A stretch of DNA of 22,625 nucleotides from a bacterium (GCA_044868695.1 JBIOWP010000104.1:1-22625), one strand, 5' to 3'; counted from the stretch's first letter, positions 1 through 8,569 are shown. Notes: generated by a model not told the origin, from the sequence alone. Numbers and translations: made by a program.

Positions 1-364
1 CCGCCGCGGATCCCGCCGGCGGCCGGCCGGCCGGCCCCGCCCCGGCAGGCGGCACCGTCGTCTCCACCACAATCTTCCCTGCCGCCGCGGCGGCGATGTC
101 GAGAAGGATCTCCCGGTGTGCAGCATATGGCACGGTGACGACAATCACGCCGGCGGCGCCGGCGGCCTCCCGGTTGTGCCGGCCGGCCTCCGGGGAGAGC
201 CCCGAGGACCGCGCCGCGGTCTGCGCTTTGGTCACGTCGCGCGACCCGAGCAGCACGTCGACGCCCACGCCGTGCAGCCGCCGGGCCAGTGCCCCGCCAA
301 GCCGGCCGGTCCCGCCGATGACGGCCACCCGCATACCCACGCTGCCGGGCCCGCGGCCCGTCAT
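1..364 (-). CDS. NADPH-dependent F420 reductase / F420-dependent NADP oxidoreductase family protein (partial, runs off window start)
   Basis: Not in ORF track. ATG at 364-362 overlaps the M16 stop (ATGA). Manual translation: MTGRGPGSVGMRVAVIGGTGRLGGALARRLHGVGVDVLLGSRDVTKA...VIVVTVPYAAHREIL...AGKIVVETTVP. Rossmann GGTGxxG, GSR, VP(Y) and GKIVV motifs fit the FNO/NpdG family. Confidence 0.8.
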   Translation of the reverse strand, partial: MTGRGPGSVGMRVAVIGGTGRLGGALARRLHGVGVDVLLGSRDVTKAQTAARSSGLSPEAGRHNREAAGAAGVIVVTVPYAAHREILLDIAAAAAGKIVVETTVPPAGAGPAGRPPAGSAA

Positions 365-2976
365 TTCTTGTGTGGCCCGGCAACGGCCAGGCAGTACGAC
401 TCGCCGGAGAACGCCCGGGCCGAACGGACAATCGCATCGCGGCTGACCCCCCGGATGATCCCGGGATACCGGGCGAGGTAGTCGAGGCCCAGATCGAACA
501 GTTCGATGTCGGCCAGCATCTGCGCGAGCCCCGGATTAGTCTCGAGCCGGACCTGGAGAGATCCGATGAGGAAGCTGCGGGCGTCGGCCAGTTCTTCGTC
601 TTCGGGTCCGCCTTCTTGAAAGCGCCGGATCTCAGTCAGGATCCCTTCCACGGCGGCATCTTCGTTTGCGGGGTTGACACCGGCGCGGACCACCCAGGGT
701 CCGGCCAGGAGTCCGGCGCGCAGATCGCTGAACGCATAGTAGGCCATCCCCTGGCGCTCGCGCACGCGGTCACCGAGCCTGCCCATCAGCCCGAGCTGTC
801 CGAGAATGAGGTTGGCGATCATCGCGTCGTAGTAGCCGGGAGCGGTCCGCGCAACACCGGGAACGCCGAGCACGATATCGGACTGGATCTTGCCGTCCAT
901 GCGATGCTCGCCGCGCACCGGTGTCGCAAGTGGAGGGGTCGCCGGGACTGCGGGAAGGGACCAGGCGCCCTGTCCCGGCCAGGACGAGAAGGCCCGTTCA
1001 GCCGTCTCCAGGACATCGCCCGCCCGAATGTCCCCGACCACTGCCAGCACGGCCGCATCCGGCCGGTACCGGAGGCGGTGGAGCCCCACAAGATCGTCGC
1101 GGACGAGCGCGCCGACGACCGCGTCCTCGCCGTCCGGCACGCGGCGGTACGGGTGCGACTCGGGGTACAGCAGACGCCGGAACGTCCGGTCCGCCATCAG
1201 GCGGGTGTCCTGCGCGCCGATGCGGATCGACGTCAGCAGTTCGCCCCTCACCTTCTCGATCTCCTCGGGCGGAAAGACCGGTTGGGTCAGGAGCTCAGCC
1301 ACGATGCGCACCGCGGCGGCGGCATCCTCGGCAAGAGTGCGCAGGCTGACCGTCGTGACCTCCATGTCGGCGCGGACGCTCAGCGACGCACCCATGCCGT
1401 CGAGCAGTTCGGCCAGCGCCTGTGAGGTGAACGCTGCGGTGCCACGCTGCAGCATCGCGGCGACGAACCGCGCCAGACCGCTGCGCGCATCGTCGTACAT
1501 GGCCCCCGCCTTGACGTACCCGTGGATGGCCACGAGTCCGCTTCCCTGCACGTCCTTCACGAGCGCCACCAGGCCATTGGAGACCCGGCGGCGGGTCACG
1601 GTGTCGGGCGTAATCGCCGGTATCCGCACGCCCGCGCGGGCGGGCCCCGAGAACGAGAAGACATCGGGCCGGACGGCGGCCTGGACGGCGGCCGCGCTCG
1701 CGCCGGAGGACGGCAGGTACGTGCCGACCGTGCGGCTCCCTTCCCCCAGGTATGCGGCGCTGACGCGCATCACATCCTCCGCGGTGACGCGCTCAATCCG
1801 GGCCAGCAGCGACTCAAATGCGTCGGGGCGGTCCACGATCGCGAACGCCCCCAGACCCATCGCCGTGCGGAAGACGCCGTCGCGGCTGAACACGACCTGG
1901 GCCTTCGCCTGCTTCTTCACCTTTGCCAGCTCCATCTCCGCGGCAGGCTCGCGCGCAAGCTGCGCCACCTCGACCAGCGCCCGTTCTTCCACGGCCGTGA
2001 GGTCCACGCCCGCGCGGGCTGTGGCCATCACTCTAAAGAGCGTCGGGTCGGCGCTGGGTGTGAACGCGGAACTCGCCTCGGCGGCCAGGCCGGTTTCGAC
2101 CAGTGCGCGGTACAACCGCGAACTGCGCCCGCCGCCGCCCGGATCGAACGGGACGAGACTCTTGAAGCCCGACAGCAGGCCGTCCGCCACCAGCAGCGCC
2201 GGGAGGTCCGGATGGGAGGCCGCCGGCACATGGTACACAAGATGCAGATAGGCCGTCGCGCCCCCGGGGCGGGCCAGGAGCACGCGCCGTTCTCCTTCCT
2301 GCCGGGGTTCGTGCGCGCGCACGGCCGGGGGCGTCGGCCCGGCCGGAATCTCGCCGAACAAGCGCGTGATGGATTCCAAGACGGCGTCCGGCTCGAAAGG
2401 TCCGACGGCCACCGCGATGGCGTTGTTCGGATGGTAATAGGTCCGGTAATGCGCGAAGAGATCGTCCCGGGTGATGGCCCGGAGGTCGTCCTTCCAGCCG
2501 ATGACCGGTATCCGGTAGGGATGAACCTTGTGCGCCACTGCGTCGACTTCTTCCCGCAGCAGGTACGAAGGATAGTTCTCGCTCCCCTCTCGCTCAGAGA
2601 TGATGACCGTCCGCTCGCTCTCGACCTCCGCGGGGTCCATGATGGTGTTGCGCATGCGGTCGGCTTCAAGCCGGATGGCCACATCCAGGTGCTCCGCCGG
2701 CAAGACCTCGTGGTAGGCGGTGTAGTCCTTCCAGGTGAAGGCGTTCCAGCGGCCCCCGAGCCGGTCGATATGGCGGGTCAGCATGCCCTTCGGATGAGTG
2801 GGGGTCCCCTTGAACAGCATGTGCTCCACCCAGTGGGAGATCCCGGTGCCGCCGGGCGTCTCGTTGCGGCTCCCGACCCGGTACCAGACCCAGAACGTGG
2901 CCACGGGAACGGTGCGCTGCTCCACCAGCAGAACCGTCAGGCCGTTGGCCAGCGTGTGCGCGCGAAACGTGGACAT
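361..2976 (-). CDS. M16 (pitrilysin/insulinase-family) zinc peptidase, fused active + inactive halves
   Basis: HxxEH motif (SHWVEHMLFKGT), NAFT and RxxSRLY in the N half. The second M16 repeat (GLARFVAAMLQRGT...VRERQGMAYY) lacks the zinc ligands. Start placed at ATG 2976 rather than 2985 because a -10 element lies at 2987-2992. Confidence 0.93.
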   Translation of the reverse strand: MSTFRAHTLANGLTVLLVEQRTVPVATFWVWYRVGSRNETPGGTGISHWVEHMLFKGTPTHPKGMLTRHIDRLGGRWNAFTWKDYTAYHEVLPAEHLDVAIRLEADRMRNTIMDPAEVESERTVIISEREGSENYPSYLLREEVDAVAHKVHPYRIPVIGWKDDLRAITRDDLFAHYRTYYHPNNAIAVAVGPFEPDAVLESITRLFGEIPAGPTPPAVRAHEPRQEGERRVLLARPGGATAYLHLVYHVPAASHPDLPALLVADGLLSGFKSLVPFDPGGGGRSSRLYRALVETGLAAEASSAFTPSADPTLFRVMATARAGVDLTAVEERALVEVAQLAREPAAEMELAKVKKQAKAQVVFSRDGVFRTAMGLGAFAIVDRPDAFESLLARIERVTAEDVMRVSAAYLGEGSRTVGTYLPSSGASAAAVQAAVRPDVFSFSGPARAGVRIPAITPDTVTRRRVSNGLVALVKDVQGSGLVAIHGYVKAGAMYDDARSGLARFVAAMLQRGTAAFTSQALAELLDGMGASLSVRADMEVTTVSLRTLAEDAAAAVRIVAELLTQPVFPPEEIEKVRGELLTSIRIGAQDTRLMADRTFRRLLYPESHPYRRVPDGEDAVVGALVRDDLVGLHRLRYRPDAAVLAVVGDIRAGDVLETAERAFSSWPGQGAWSLPAVPATPPLATPVRGEHRMDGKIQSDIVLGVPGVARTAPGYYDAMIANLILGQLGLMGRLGDRVRERQGMAYYAFSDLRAGLLAGPWVVRAGVNPANEDAAVEGILTEIRRFQEGGPEDEELADARSFLIGSLQVRLETNPGLAQMLADIELFDLGLDYLARYPGIIRGVSRDAIVRSARAFSGESYCLAVAGPHKK

Positions 2977-2986
2977 AACAAGCATC

Positions 2987-2995
2987 AGTGTAGCA
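2987..2995 (-). promoter_or_regulatory. Putative extended -10 promoter (TGcTACACT) for the M16 peptidase operon
   Basis: Minus strand reads TGCTACACT ending 10 nt before ATG 2976; no SD visible, so the leader would be very short. Confidence 0.5.
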
Positions 2996-3030
2996 GTTGA
3001 CGTCGAGACTGCCTACGGCGGCGGGCTGGG

Positions 3031-3416
3031 AGTAGTGGTTCAGTCTGGACTGTCATCCGTCTTCTGTTGGGCGAGTGGAAGGCCGCTCGGAGGTTCCCGC
3101 AGCAGCTCGGGACGGACCAGAGGGCCGGGCGGCGGGCGAGTGGGGACGGCCCCGAGCGGAGATTGGAGGGCGGCAACCCACCTGGCAGGCCGTGAGGTCG
3201 GGATCGCCCCAGCCACGTCGCGGGAACGCAGCAGAGGCCGTCGTGTTCCGTCGCATATTGGCAGGCGAGCGCGCCAGGGAGCGGGAGGCCTGCACATCCA
3301 AGCCGAAGCCGCCCGACTCGACGCGAGGGACCGCCCCCGAGCAGCCAGCCGCCCGTCCATGCAGACGACCCACTCCCCAGAAGAGGGTAGTGGGTATTTC
3401 AAACTGACCCACTACC
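3031..3416. mobile_element. Non-autonomous element (MITE) copy 1 with IS1-like termini; composite with a 31-bp mini-element at 3386-3416
   Basis: Left end AGTAGTGGTTCAGTCTGGA, right end TTCAAACTGACCCACTACC (imperfect inverted repeats). Perfect 8-bp direct repeat GGGCTGGG at 3023-3030 and 3417-3424. 3031-3377 aligns closely by eye with 15973-16378. No transposase. Confidence 0.88.
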
Positions 3417-3437
3417 GGGCTGGGGACCTTGCCCCGT

Positions 3438-3461
3438 GTGAGACCGGGTACCCGGTCTCAC
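3438..3461. repeat. Perfect 24-bp palindrome GTGAGACCGGGTACCCGGTCTCAC
   Basis: Exact self-complementarity read from the sequence; lies between divergent genes and is followed by CTCCTTT. Confidence 0.85.
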
Positions 3462-3554
3462 CTCCTTTGATGTGGGTTTCCGCTATGCCGCCGTGGGACT
3501 TGGAGATCCAGCCAAACAGGAGGCGGGTGTCGAACGCGAAGAAGAAGCCGCATC

Positions 3555-4391
3555 ATGCGCGAAATGACCTGGGGGGACGTCGCCCGCTACCGCGCCGCGC
3601 TGCTCGCGCGGCACCACGTGCGGACGAAGCGGTCGGCGCTCGCGTTTGTCAACCGCGTGGGTTTCTGCTACGCCTTCACCAGCGGACCGGGCGGGCTACC
3701 GGGGCTCTTCGACGTCCTGGCGACGCGCAGCATCGACCGGATGTGGTCGTGGGCCTGGGCCTGGAAAGACGAATTGGCCACCGACAAGAAACTGTACTAC
3801 GGCAAGATCATCAGGGCCAAGCCCACGTACATTTCGTTGCGCTACCTGCCCTATTTCTACACGCTGACCGGGAACGTTGGAGACAGCGACGACTACCTGC
3901 AGGCCTACCGGGAGGGCCGGCTCAGCCTGCTCGCCAAGGACGTCTACGAGTACGTCCGCCGGCACGGCGCGTGCTCGACATGGACACTGCGCAGGCAGTT
4001 CGTGACCCGTGCCGACCGCGGCGCCGCCTTCCACCGGGCTCTCTCCGATCTGCAGGGCGCATTCCTGATCGGCAAAGTCGGCGAAAGCGATGGGAGCTAC
4101 AGCTTCATCTGGGACACGTTTGACCGGTGGCTTCCGCATGCGATCCGCTCCGCCGGTGCGGTGACGAGCGCGCGCGCGTCGATGCGGATCCTCGAGCGCT
4201 ACCTGCGCACGACGGGCGCGGTACCGGCCAGGGACATCGCGGCGCTGTTCCTGTGGCCTCCCGGGCTTCTGGCGGATGCCGAGCGCGCGCTCGCCGGAAC
4301 AGCGGTCCGGGTGCCGGTGGACGGGAACCCGGCCCTGGCCCACCGGGTGTTGATCCGGTGGCTCGGAGCCACGCGCGGGTCGCGGCGATGA
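3555..4391 (+). CDS. AlkZ-related / winged-helix (HTH_42-like) putative DNA repair protein
   Basis: Pattern ALAFVNRVGF...LPGLF...WAWKDEL...LYYGKIIRAKPTYISL...PYFY resembles AlkZ/YcaQ-related proteins; wHTH-like segment VYEYVRRHGACSTWTLRR; ATGA-coupled to dinB. Confidence 0.65.
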   Translation: MREMTWGDVARYRAALLARHHVRTKRSALAFVNRVGFCYAFTSGPGGLPGLFDVLATRSIDRMWSWAWAWKDELATDKKLYYGKIIRAKPTYISLRYLPYFYTLTGNVGDSDDYLQAYREGRLSLLAKDVYEYVRRHGACSTWTLRRQFVTRADRGAAFHRALSDLQGAFLIGKVGESDGSYSFIWDTFDRWLPHAIRSAGAVTSARASMRILERYLRTTGAVPARDIAALFLWPPGLLADAERALAGTAVRVPVDGNPALAHRVLIRWLGATRGSRR

Positions 4392-5494
4392 CGCGGACGA
4401 TCCTGCACGTCGACATGGACGCGTTCTTCGCGGCGGTCGAGCAGCTGCGCCGTCCCGAGTTGCGCGGCAAACCCGTGGTGGTTGGCGGCTCCGGCAATCC
4501 CCACAGCCGGGGTGTGGTGTCGACCGCCTCGTACGAGGCGCGGGCCTACGGCATCCACTCGGCGATGCCGCTGCGCACCGCATTTAAGAAGTGTCCGGAG
4601 GCCGTCTTCCTCCCGGTGGACTTCAGGGCCTACGGCGCCGCCTCGGCTCGGATCATGACGATCTTGCGCGAATACACCCCCCTGGTGGAACCGCTCTCGC
4701 TGGACGAGGCGTTCCTTGATGTGTCGGCGCGGACGGAACCGCCCCGCGCCCTGGCAGACGAGATCCGCGTCCGCATTCGCGGCACCACCGGACTCACCGC
4801 ATCCATCGGCATCGGACCCAACAAGCTGCTGGCCAAGATTGCGTCGGGCCTGCACAAACCGGACGCCGTCACCGAGATCCGGCCGGAGACCGTGGCGGGG
4901 ATCTTACGCGACCTGCCGGCAACCGTGCTCTGGGGGATCGGCCCAAAGACAGCCGCCCGGCTGGACGCCGCGCTCGCCGTGCGGACCGTCGGCGACCTCG
5001 TGGGAGTGCCGATCGCGACGCTGCAAGAACTGCTGGGGCCGCGCTGGGGCGAGCATCTCTACCGGACATCCCGCGGGGAGGACGACAGCCCTGTCGTCAC
5101 GGGCTGGGAACCCAAGTCCGCGAGCAGGGAGACGACCTACCAGCGCGACACGCGGGTGCGAGAGGCGATCGTGCGGACTATTACGGGGCTCGCCGCCGAG
5201 GTGATCGATGACCTCCGGCGGGACGGGTACCGGGGCAAGACCATCACCCTCAAGATCCGGTATCAGGACTTCCGGACCCACACCCGGGCGCTTACGCTTG
5301 AGGCGCCCACCAACGATCCCGCGCTGATCACCCGCACCGCGATCGCACTGCTGGATCGTTTCACTCTCGACCGGCCCGTGCGATTGGTCGGGGTGAGGGT
5401 GTCGGGACTCACAAGACCCGGGAACACGGGAACAAGTGAACCAGGGAACGAAGAGGAAACTCCACCGCGGCCACCCGGTCCGCTCGCTCCCTAG
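4388..5494 (+). CDS. dinB: DNA polymerase IV (Y family)
   Basis: ILHVDMDAFFAAVE, VVSTASYEARAYGIHSAMP, SLDEAFLD, NKLLAKIAS..KPD, VRLVGVRVS. Start ATG 4388 overlaps the upstream TGA. Confidence 0.97.
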   Translation: MTRTILHVDMDAFFAAVEQLRRPELRGKPVVVGGSGNPHSRGVVSTASYEARAYGIHSAMPLRTAFKKCPEAVFLPVDFRAYGAASARIMTILREYTPLVEPLSLDEAFLDVSARTEPPRALADEIRVRIRGTTGLTASIGIGPNKLLAKIASGLHKPDAVTEIRPETVAGILRDLPATVLWGIGPKTAARLDAALAVRTVGDLVGVPIATLQELLGPRWGEHLYRTSRGEDDSPVVTGWEPKSASRETTYQRDTRVREAIVRTITGLAAEVIDDLRRDGYRGKTITLKIRYQDFRTHTRALTLEAPTNDPALITRTAIALLDRFTLDRPVRLVGVRVSGLTRPGNTGTSEPGNEEETPPRPPGPLAP

Positions 5495-5521
5495 CTCCCT
5501 CCGTCCCGCTCCCTCGTTCCC
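5420..5521. repeat. Inverted pair of degenerate octamer arrays around the dinB stop
   Basis: GGGAACAC GGGAACAA GTGAACCA GGGAACGA (5420-5451) and TCGCTCCC TAGCTCCC TCCGTCCC GCTCCC TCGTTCCC (5484-5521); TCGTTCCC is the exact reverse complement of GGGAACGA. Confidence 0.65.
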
Positions 5522-5527
5522 TTTGTT

Positions 5528-6004
5528 TCAGTGGGTCAGCTTGCGGACCGCCGTCTCCACTTCCTGATAGTTCGGCTCCACGCCGGGGTTGTCCGACACC
5601 CACCGGTAGGTCACGGTCCCGTTCTTGTCCACGACAAAGACCGAGCGCTTGGCGACCCCCGGCAGCAGGCCGTTGGTGAAGTGGGGATCCTCGATGCCGA
5701 ACGTCCGCACCGCTTCACGCCTGAAGTCGCTGAGGATCGTAAAGTTCAGCTTGTTCTGCTCGACAAACGCCTTCTGGGCAAAGGGACTGTCGACACTGAC
5801 CGCGAGCACCTGCGCTTTCATCTCGGTGAACCTGGTCATCCCGTCGCGGAACGTGCACAGCTCCTTCGTGCAGACGCCGGTGAAGGCGCCCGGGAAGAAG
5901 ACCAGGACCGTGGGTGTGCCCAAGAACTCAGAGAGCTTCACCGCCTTGCGGTCGCTGCTGACCAGCGGGACGTCGGGGACGCGCGTGCCGACTTCAACGG
6001 CCAT
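5528..6004 (-). CDS. Peroxiredoxin (AhpC/TSA; BCP/PrxQ- or AhpE-like)
   Basis: PxxxTxxC motif FPGAFTGVCTKELC with a second Cys five residues later; SVDSPF; conserved Arg in KRSVFVVD; SD GGAGG 6 nt before ATG 6004. Confidence 0.93.
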   Translation of the reverse strand: MAVEVGTRVPDVPLVSSDRKAVKLSEFLGTPTVLVFFPGAFTGVCTKELCTFRDGMTRFTEMKAQVLAVSVDSPFAQKAFVEQNKLNFTILSDFRREAVRTFGIEDPHFTNGLLPGVAKRSVFVVDKNGTVTYRWVSDNPGVEPNYQEVETAVRKLTH

Positions 6005-6047
6005 CACTCACCTCCACACACGATGGCGATGCTCAGAAATCGGCATC

Positions 6048-6058
6048 ATTGTAGCACA
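6048..6058 (-). promoter_or_regulatory. Putative extended -10 promoter (TGTGcTACAAT) for the peroxiredoxin
   Basis: Near-consensus TGnTACAAT about 45 nt upstream of the start codon. Confidence 0.6.
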
Positions 6059-6116
6059 GCAGGATAGATCTTCCGCCGCGCGAACAAACACGCGGATCGG
6101 CCGCCGGAGCGCCACG

Positions 6117-7082
6117 ATGAAGATCACCCGCTACCTTCCCGACAGCGTTGAGGACGCCGCGACCGAGTCTCTCCCCCAGCTGCTGGCCCAGGACGGCGGG
6201 GCGATGTGGGTGGATATGACCGGGCCGACGGAGGATGACCTCCGGGTCCTGCGGGAGGTCTTTCGCTTTCATCCCCTGGCGATCGAAGACACGCTGAAGC
6301 AGCGCCAGCGGCCGAAGATCGAGGGATACGAGGGGTACTTCTTCCTGACGATCCATGCGGCGCAGGCCGGCCGGGAGCGCGACGCGCGGCTGGCCTGGGA
6401 CGAGATCGATATTTTCTTCGGCCCGCGCTACGTCGTGACCGTGCACCCACGGCCCGTCCCCGCCCTGGAGGAAGCCCGCGCGCGCCTCGGTCACGCGCTG
6501 CCGGCGCTGCGCGCGGGAGCGGACTACCTGCTCTACACCGTCGTCGATACGGCGGTCGACACCTACTTCCCCGTCATTGACCGGATCGACGCCGCGCTCG
6601 AGCGGTTGGAAGACCAGCTGTTCCGCAAACCCACCGCGCGCGCGCTGGACCATATCTTCGCGCTCAAACGGACCCTCCTGCAGATGCGGCGCGTGGCCGC
6701 GCCGCTCCGGGACCTCCTCAACGGCTTGACCCGGCGTGACGAGCCGATGATCCGGGTGCAGACGCTGGTGTACTTCCGCGACGTGTTTGACCACCTGCTG
6801 CGGATTACGGACATGATCGATACACACCGCGATCTCATCGCGGGGGCGCTCGATATCTATCTGTCGGTGATCAGCAACCGGCTCAACGAAGTGATGAAGG
6901 TGCTGACCGTGGTCACGGCCGTCTTCGCGTCGTTGGCCGTCATCACCGGCGTCTACGGGATGAACTTCCAGCGCGCCTATCCGGCTTTTGACTGGCCGTA
7001 CGGGTTTGCCGCGGTGCTGCTCGGCATGGCGGGCGTCACCGGCGCCATGCTGGCGCTCTTCCGCCGGCAGGGGTGGCTGTGA
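6117..7082 (+). CDS. corA: Magnesium/cobalt transporter CorA
   Basis: FHPLAIED, QRPK, NEVMKVLT, signature YGMNF between two C-terminal TM helices. Start ATG 6117 (the track's 5625 start overlaps the peroxiredoxin). Confidence 0.96.
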   Translation: MKITRYLPDSVEDAATESLPQLLAQDGGAMWVDMTGPTEDDLRVLREVFRFHPLAIEDTLKQRQRPKIEGYEGYFFLTIHAAQAGRERDARLAWDEIDIFFGPRYVVTVHPRPVPALEEARARLGHALPALRAGADYLLYTVVDTAVDTYFPVIDRIDAALERLEDQLFRKPTARALDHIFALKRTLLQMRRVAAPLRDLLNGLTRRDEPMIRVQTLVYFRDVFDHLLRITDMIDTHRDLIAGALDIYLSVISNRLNEVMKVLTVVTAVFASLAVITGVYGMNFQRAYPAFDWPYGFAAVLLGMAGVTGAMLALFRRQGWL

Positions 7083-8449
7083 CCGGTTACCCGCAGTTCG
7101 GATTCGTGACCCCGCAGAACATGGGGCTGCTGACCGACCTGTACGAACTCGTGATGGCCGACAGCTACCTGCGCCATCACATGAACGAACCGGCCACGTT
7201 CGACCTCTTCATCCGCGGGCTCCCGGAGCACCGTGCCTTCCTGGTCAGCGCCGGCCTGGAGCCGGTCCTCTGCTACCTGGACGAGCTGCGTTTTGGCGAG
7301 GAGCAGATCGCGTACCTGGCCGGGCTGCGGATCTTTAGCGATGCGTTCCTGGACTATCTGCGGACCTTCCGGTTCCACGGCGACGTCTGGGCCATTCCGG
7401 AAGGCGAGCTATTCTTTCCTCCGGAGCCTCTCCTGGAGATCACCGCTCCCCGGATCGAAGCGCAACTGGTCGAAACCTTCCTGCTCAACACGCTGACGTT
7501 CCAGGTCATGATCGCCTCGAAGGCCAGCCGGGTGGTGCTCGCCGCATCCGGCCGCGGCGTGGTGGACTTCTCGCCCCGGCGCGACCATGGGGCCGACGCC
7601 GCGCTGAAGGTGGCCCGCGCCTCCTTTATCGCGGGCTGCGTCGGCACGTCGAACGTGCTGGCCGGCATGGAGTACGGTATTCCCGTTTACGGAACAATGG
7701 CCCACTCGTATGTCATGTCGTTTCCGGACGAACTGTCCGCATTCCGCGCATTCGCGCGCGATTTTCCCGGGAACGCCATCCTTCTGATTGATACCTACGA
7801 GACGATGGGGGGAGCCAGGAATGCCGTCACGGTCGCGCGGGAGATGGCCGCGCGCGGGCAGCGGCTCCGCGGTGTCCGCATCGACAGCTACGACACCATC
7901 GAGCAACTCGCCGCGCTCAGCCGGCGGGTGCGGGCCATCTTCGACGAGGCGGGGCTCCCCGACACCCAGATCTTCCTCAGCGGAGACCTCGATGAGTACC
8001 GGATCGCCGAACTGCTCGCCCACGGGGCCGCCGCCGGCGCGTTCGGCGTCGGCACCCGCATGGGGACCTCGGAGGACGCACCGAACCTGGGAGGCGTCTA
8101 CAAGCTCGTCGAGGACGCCGGCGGACCCAAAGTGAAGCTGTCCACCGGCAAGGCGACGCTCCCCGGCCGCAAGCAGGTCTGGCGCGTCCGCGGCGGCGAC
8201 GGCGGCATCTCCGACACCATCGCGCTCCGGAACGAACCGCCCCCCACCGGCGCCGCGCCGCTGCTGGCGCCGGTGATGACCGGCGGCCGCGCGGTCCGGG
8301 CGGAAACGCTGCAGGCGATGCGCGACCGCTGCCAGCAGCGGCTGGTGGGCCTTCCGACGGCGCTGCGCGACCTCCGCGGCGCTCCGCCGCAGGTCAGGCT
8401 GAGCGGTCAGCTGCAGGTGCTGCGCGACGCGATGCAGGGAAAGAAATAA
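7079..8449 (+). CDS. pncB: Nicotinate phosphoribosyltransferase
   Basis: LLTDLYELVM, GTSNV, GTMAHS, LLIDTY, GVRIDS, FGVGT, GGVYKL, K.TLPGRKQV. GTG 7079 overlaps the corA TGA (alternative start 7073). Confidence 0.96.
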   Translation: MTGYPQFGFVTPQNMGLLTDLYELVMADSYLRHHMNEPATFDLFIRGLPEHRAFLVSAGLEPVLCYLDELRFGEEQIAYLAGLRIFSDAFLDYLRTFRFHGDVWAIPEGELFFPPEPLLEITAPRIEAQLVETFLLNTLTFQVMIASKASRVVLAASGRGVVDFSPRRDHGADAALKVARASFIAGCVGTSNVLAGMEYGIPVYGTMAHSYVMSFPDELSAFRAFARDFPGNAILLIDTYETMGGARNAVTVAREMAARGQRLRGVRIDSYDTIEQLAALSRRVRAIFDEAGLPDTQIFLSGDLDEYRIAELLAHGAAAGAFGVGTRMGTSEDAPNLGGVYKLVEDAGGPKVKLSTGKATLPGRKQVWRVRGGDGGISDTIALRNEPPPTGAAPLLAPVMTGGRAVRAETLQAMRDRCQQRLVGLPTALRDLRGAPPQVRLSGQLQVLRDAMQGKK

Positions 8450-8458
8450 CCGCGAACG

Positions 8459-8491
8459 CTATCTCTTCTTCTTGGCCTTCTTCTTCGCCAC
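8459..8491 (-). CDS. Putative 10-aa lysine-rich micropeptide MAKKKAKKKR
   Basis: GTG GCG AAG AAG AAG GCC AAG AAG AAG AGA TAG; SD GGGAGG (8503-8498) 6 nt before GTG. Confidence 0.6.
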   Translation of the reverse strand: MAKKKAKKKR

Positions 8492-8539
8492 AGGGGACCT
8501 CCCTTCGCGCACGCGCGCGGGGTAAGAGGCTCGTGGTGG

Positions 8540-8569
8540 CTACCGCTTCTTCTTTTTCTTCTTTGCCAC
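8540..8569 (-). CDS. Putative 9-aa lysine-rich micropeptide MAKKKKKKR
   Basis: GTG GCA AAG AAG AAA AAG AAG AAG CGG TAG; purine-rich SD-like AAAGGGGGGAG 4 nt before GTG. Confidence 0.6.
   Translation of the reverse strand: MAKKKKKKR

Noticed and set aside
370..3000. Long plus-strand ORFs (351, 453, 492 aa) opposite the M16 gene, and similar antisense ORFs throughout
   Set aside because: Shadow frames typical of high-GC coding DNA; no recognisable motifs, and they overlap well-supported genes.
2985..3412. Track ORFs inside MITE copy 1 and their look-alikes at 15982-16522
   Set aside because: Their similarity comes from the DNA repeat; frames differ between copies through indels and there are no transposase motifs.
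3430..3567. Possible selenoprotein: TGC CCC GTG TGA (CxxU) followed by a hairpin and an open frame DRVPGLTSFDVGFRY...
   Set aside because: The hairpin apex is only ~7 nt after the UGA, too close for a typical bacterial SECIS. Removing the MITE gives only a short TTG-started frame with no SD.
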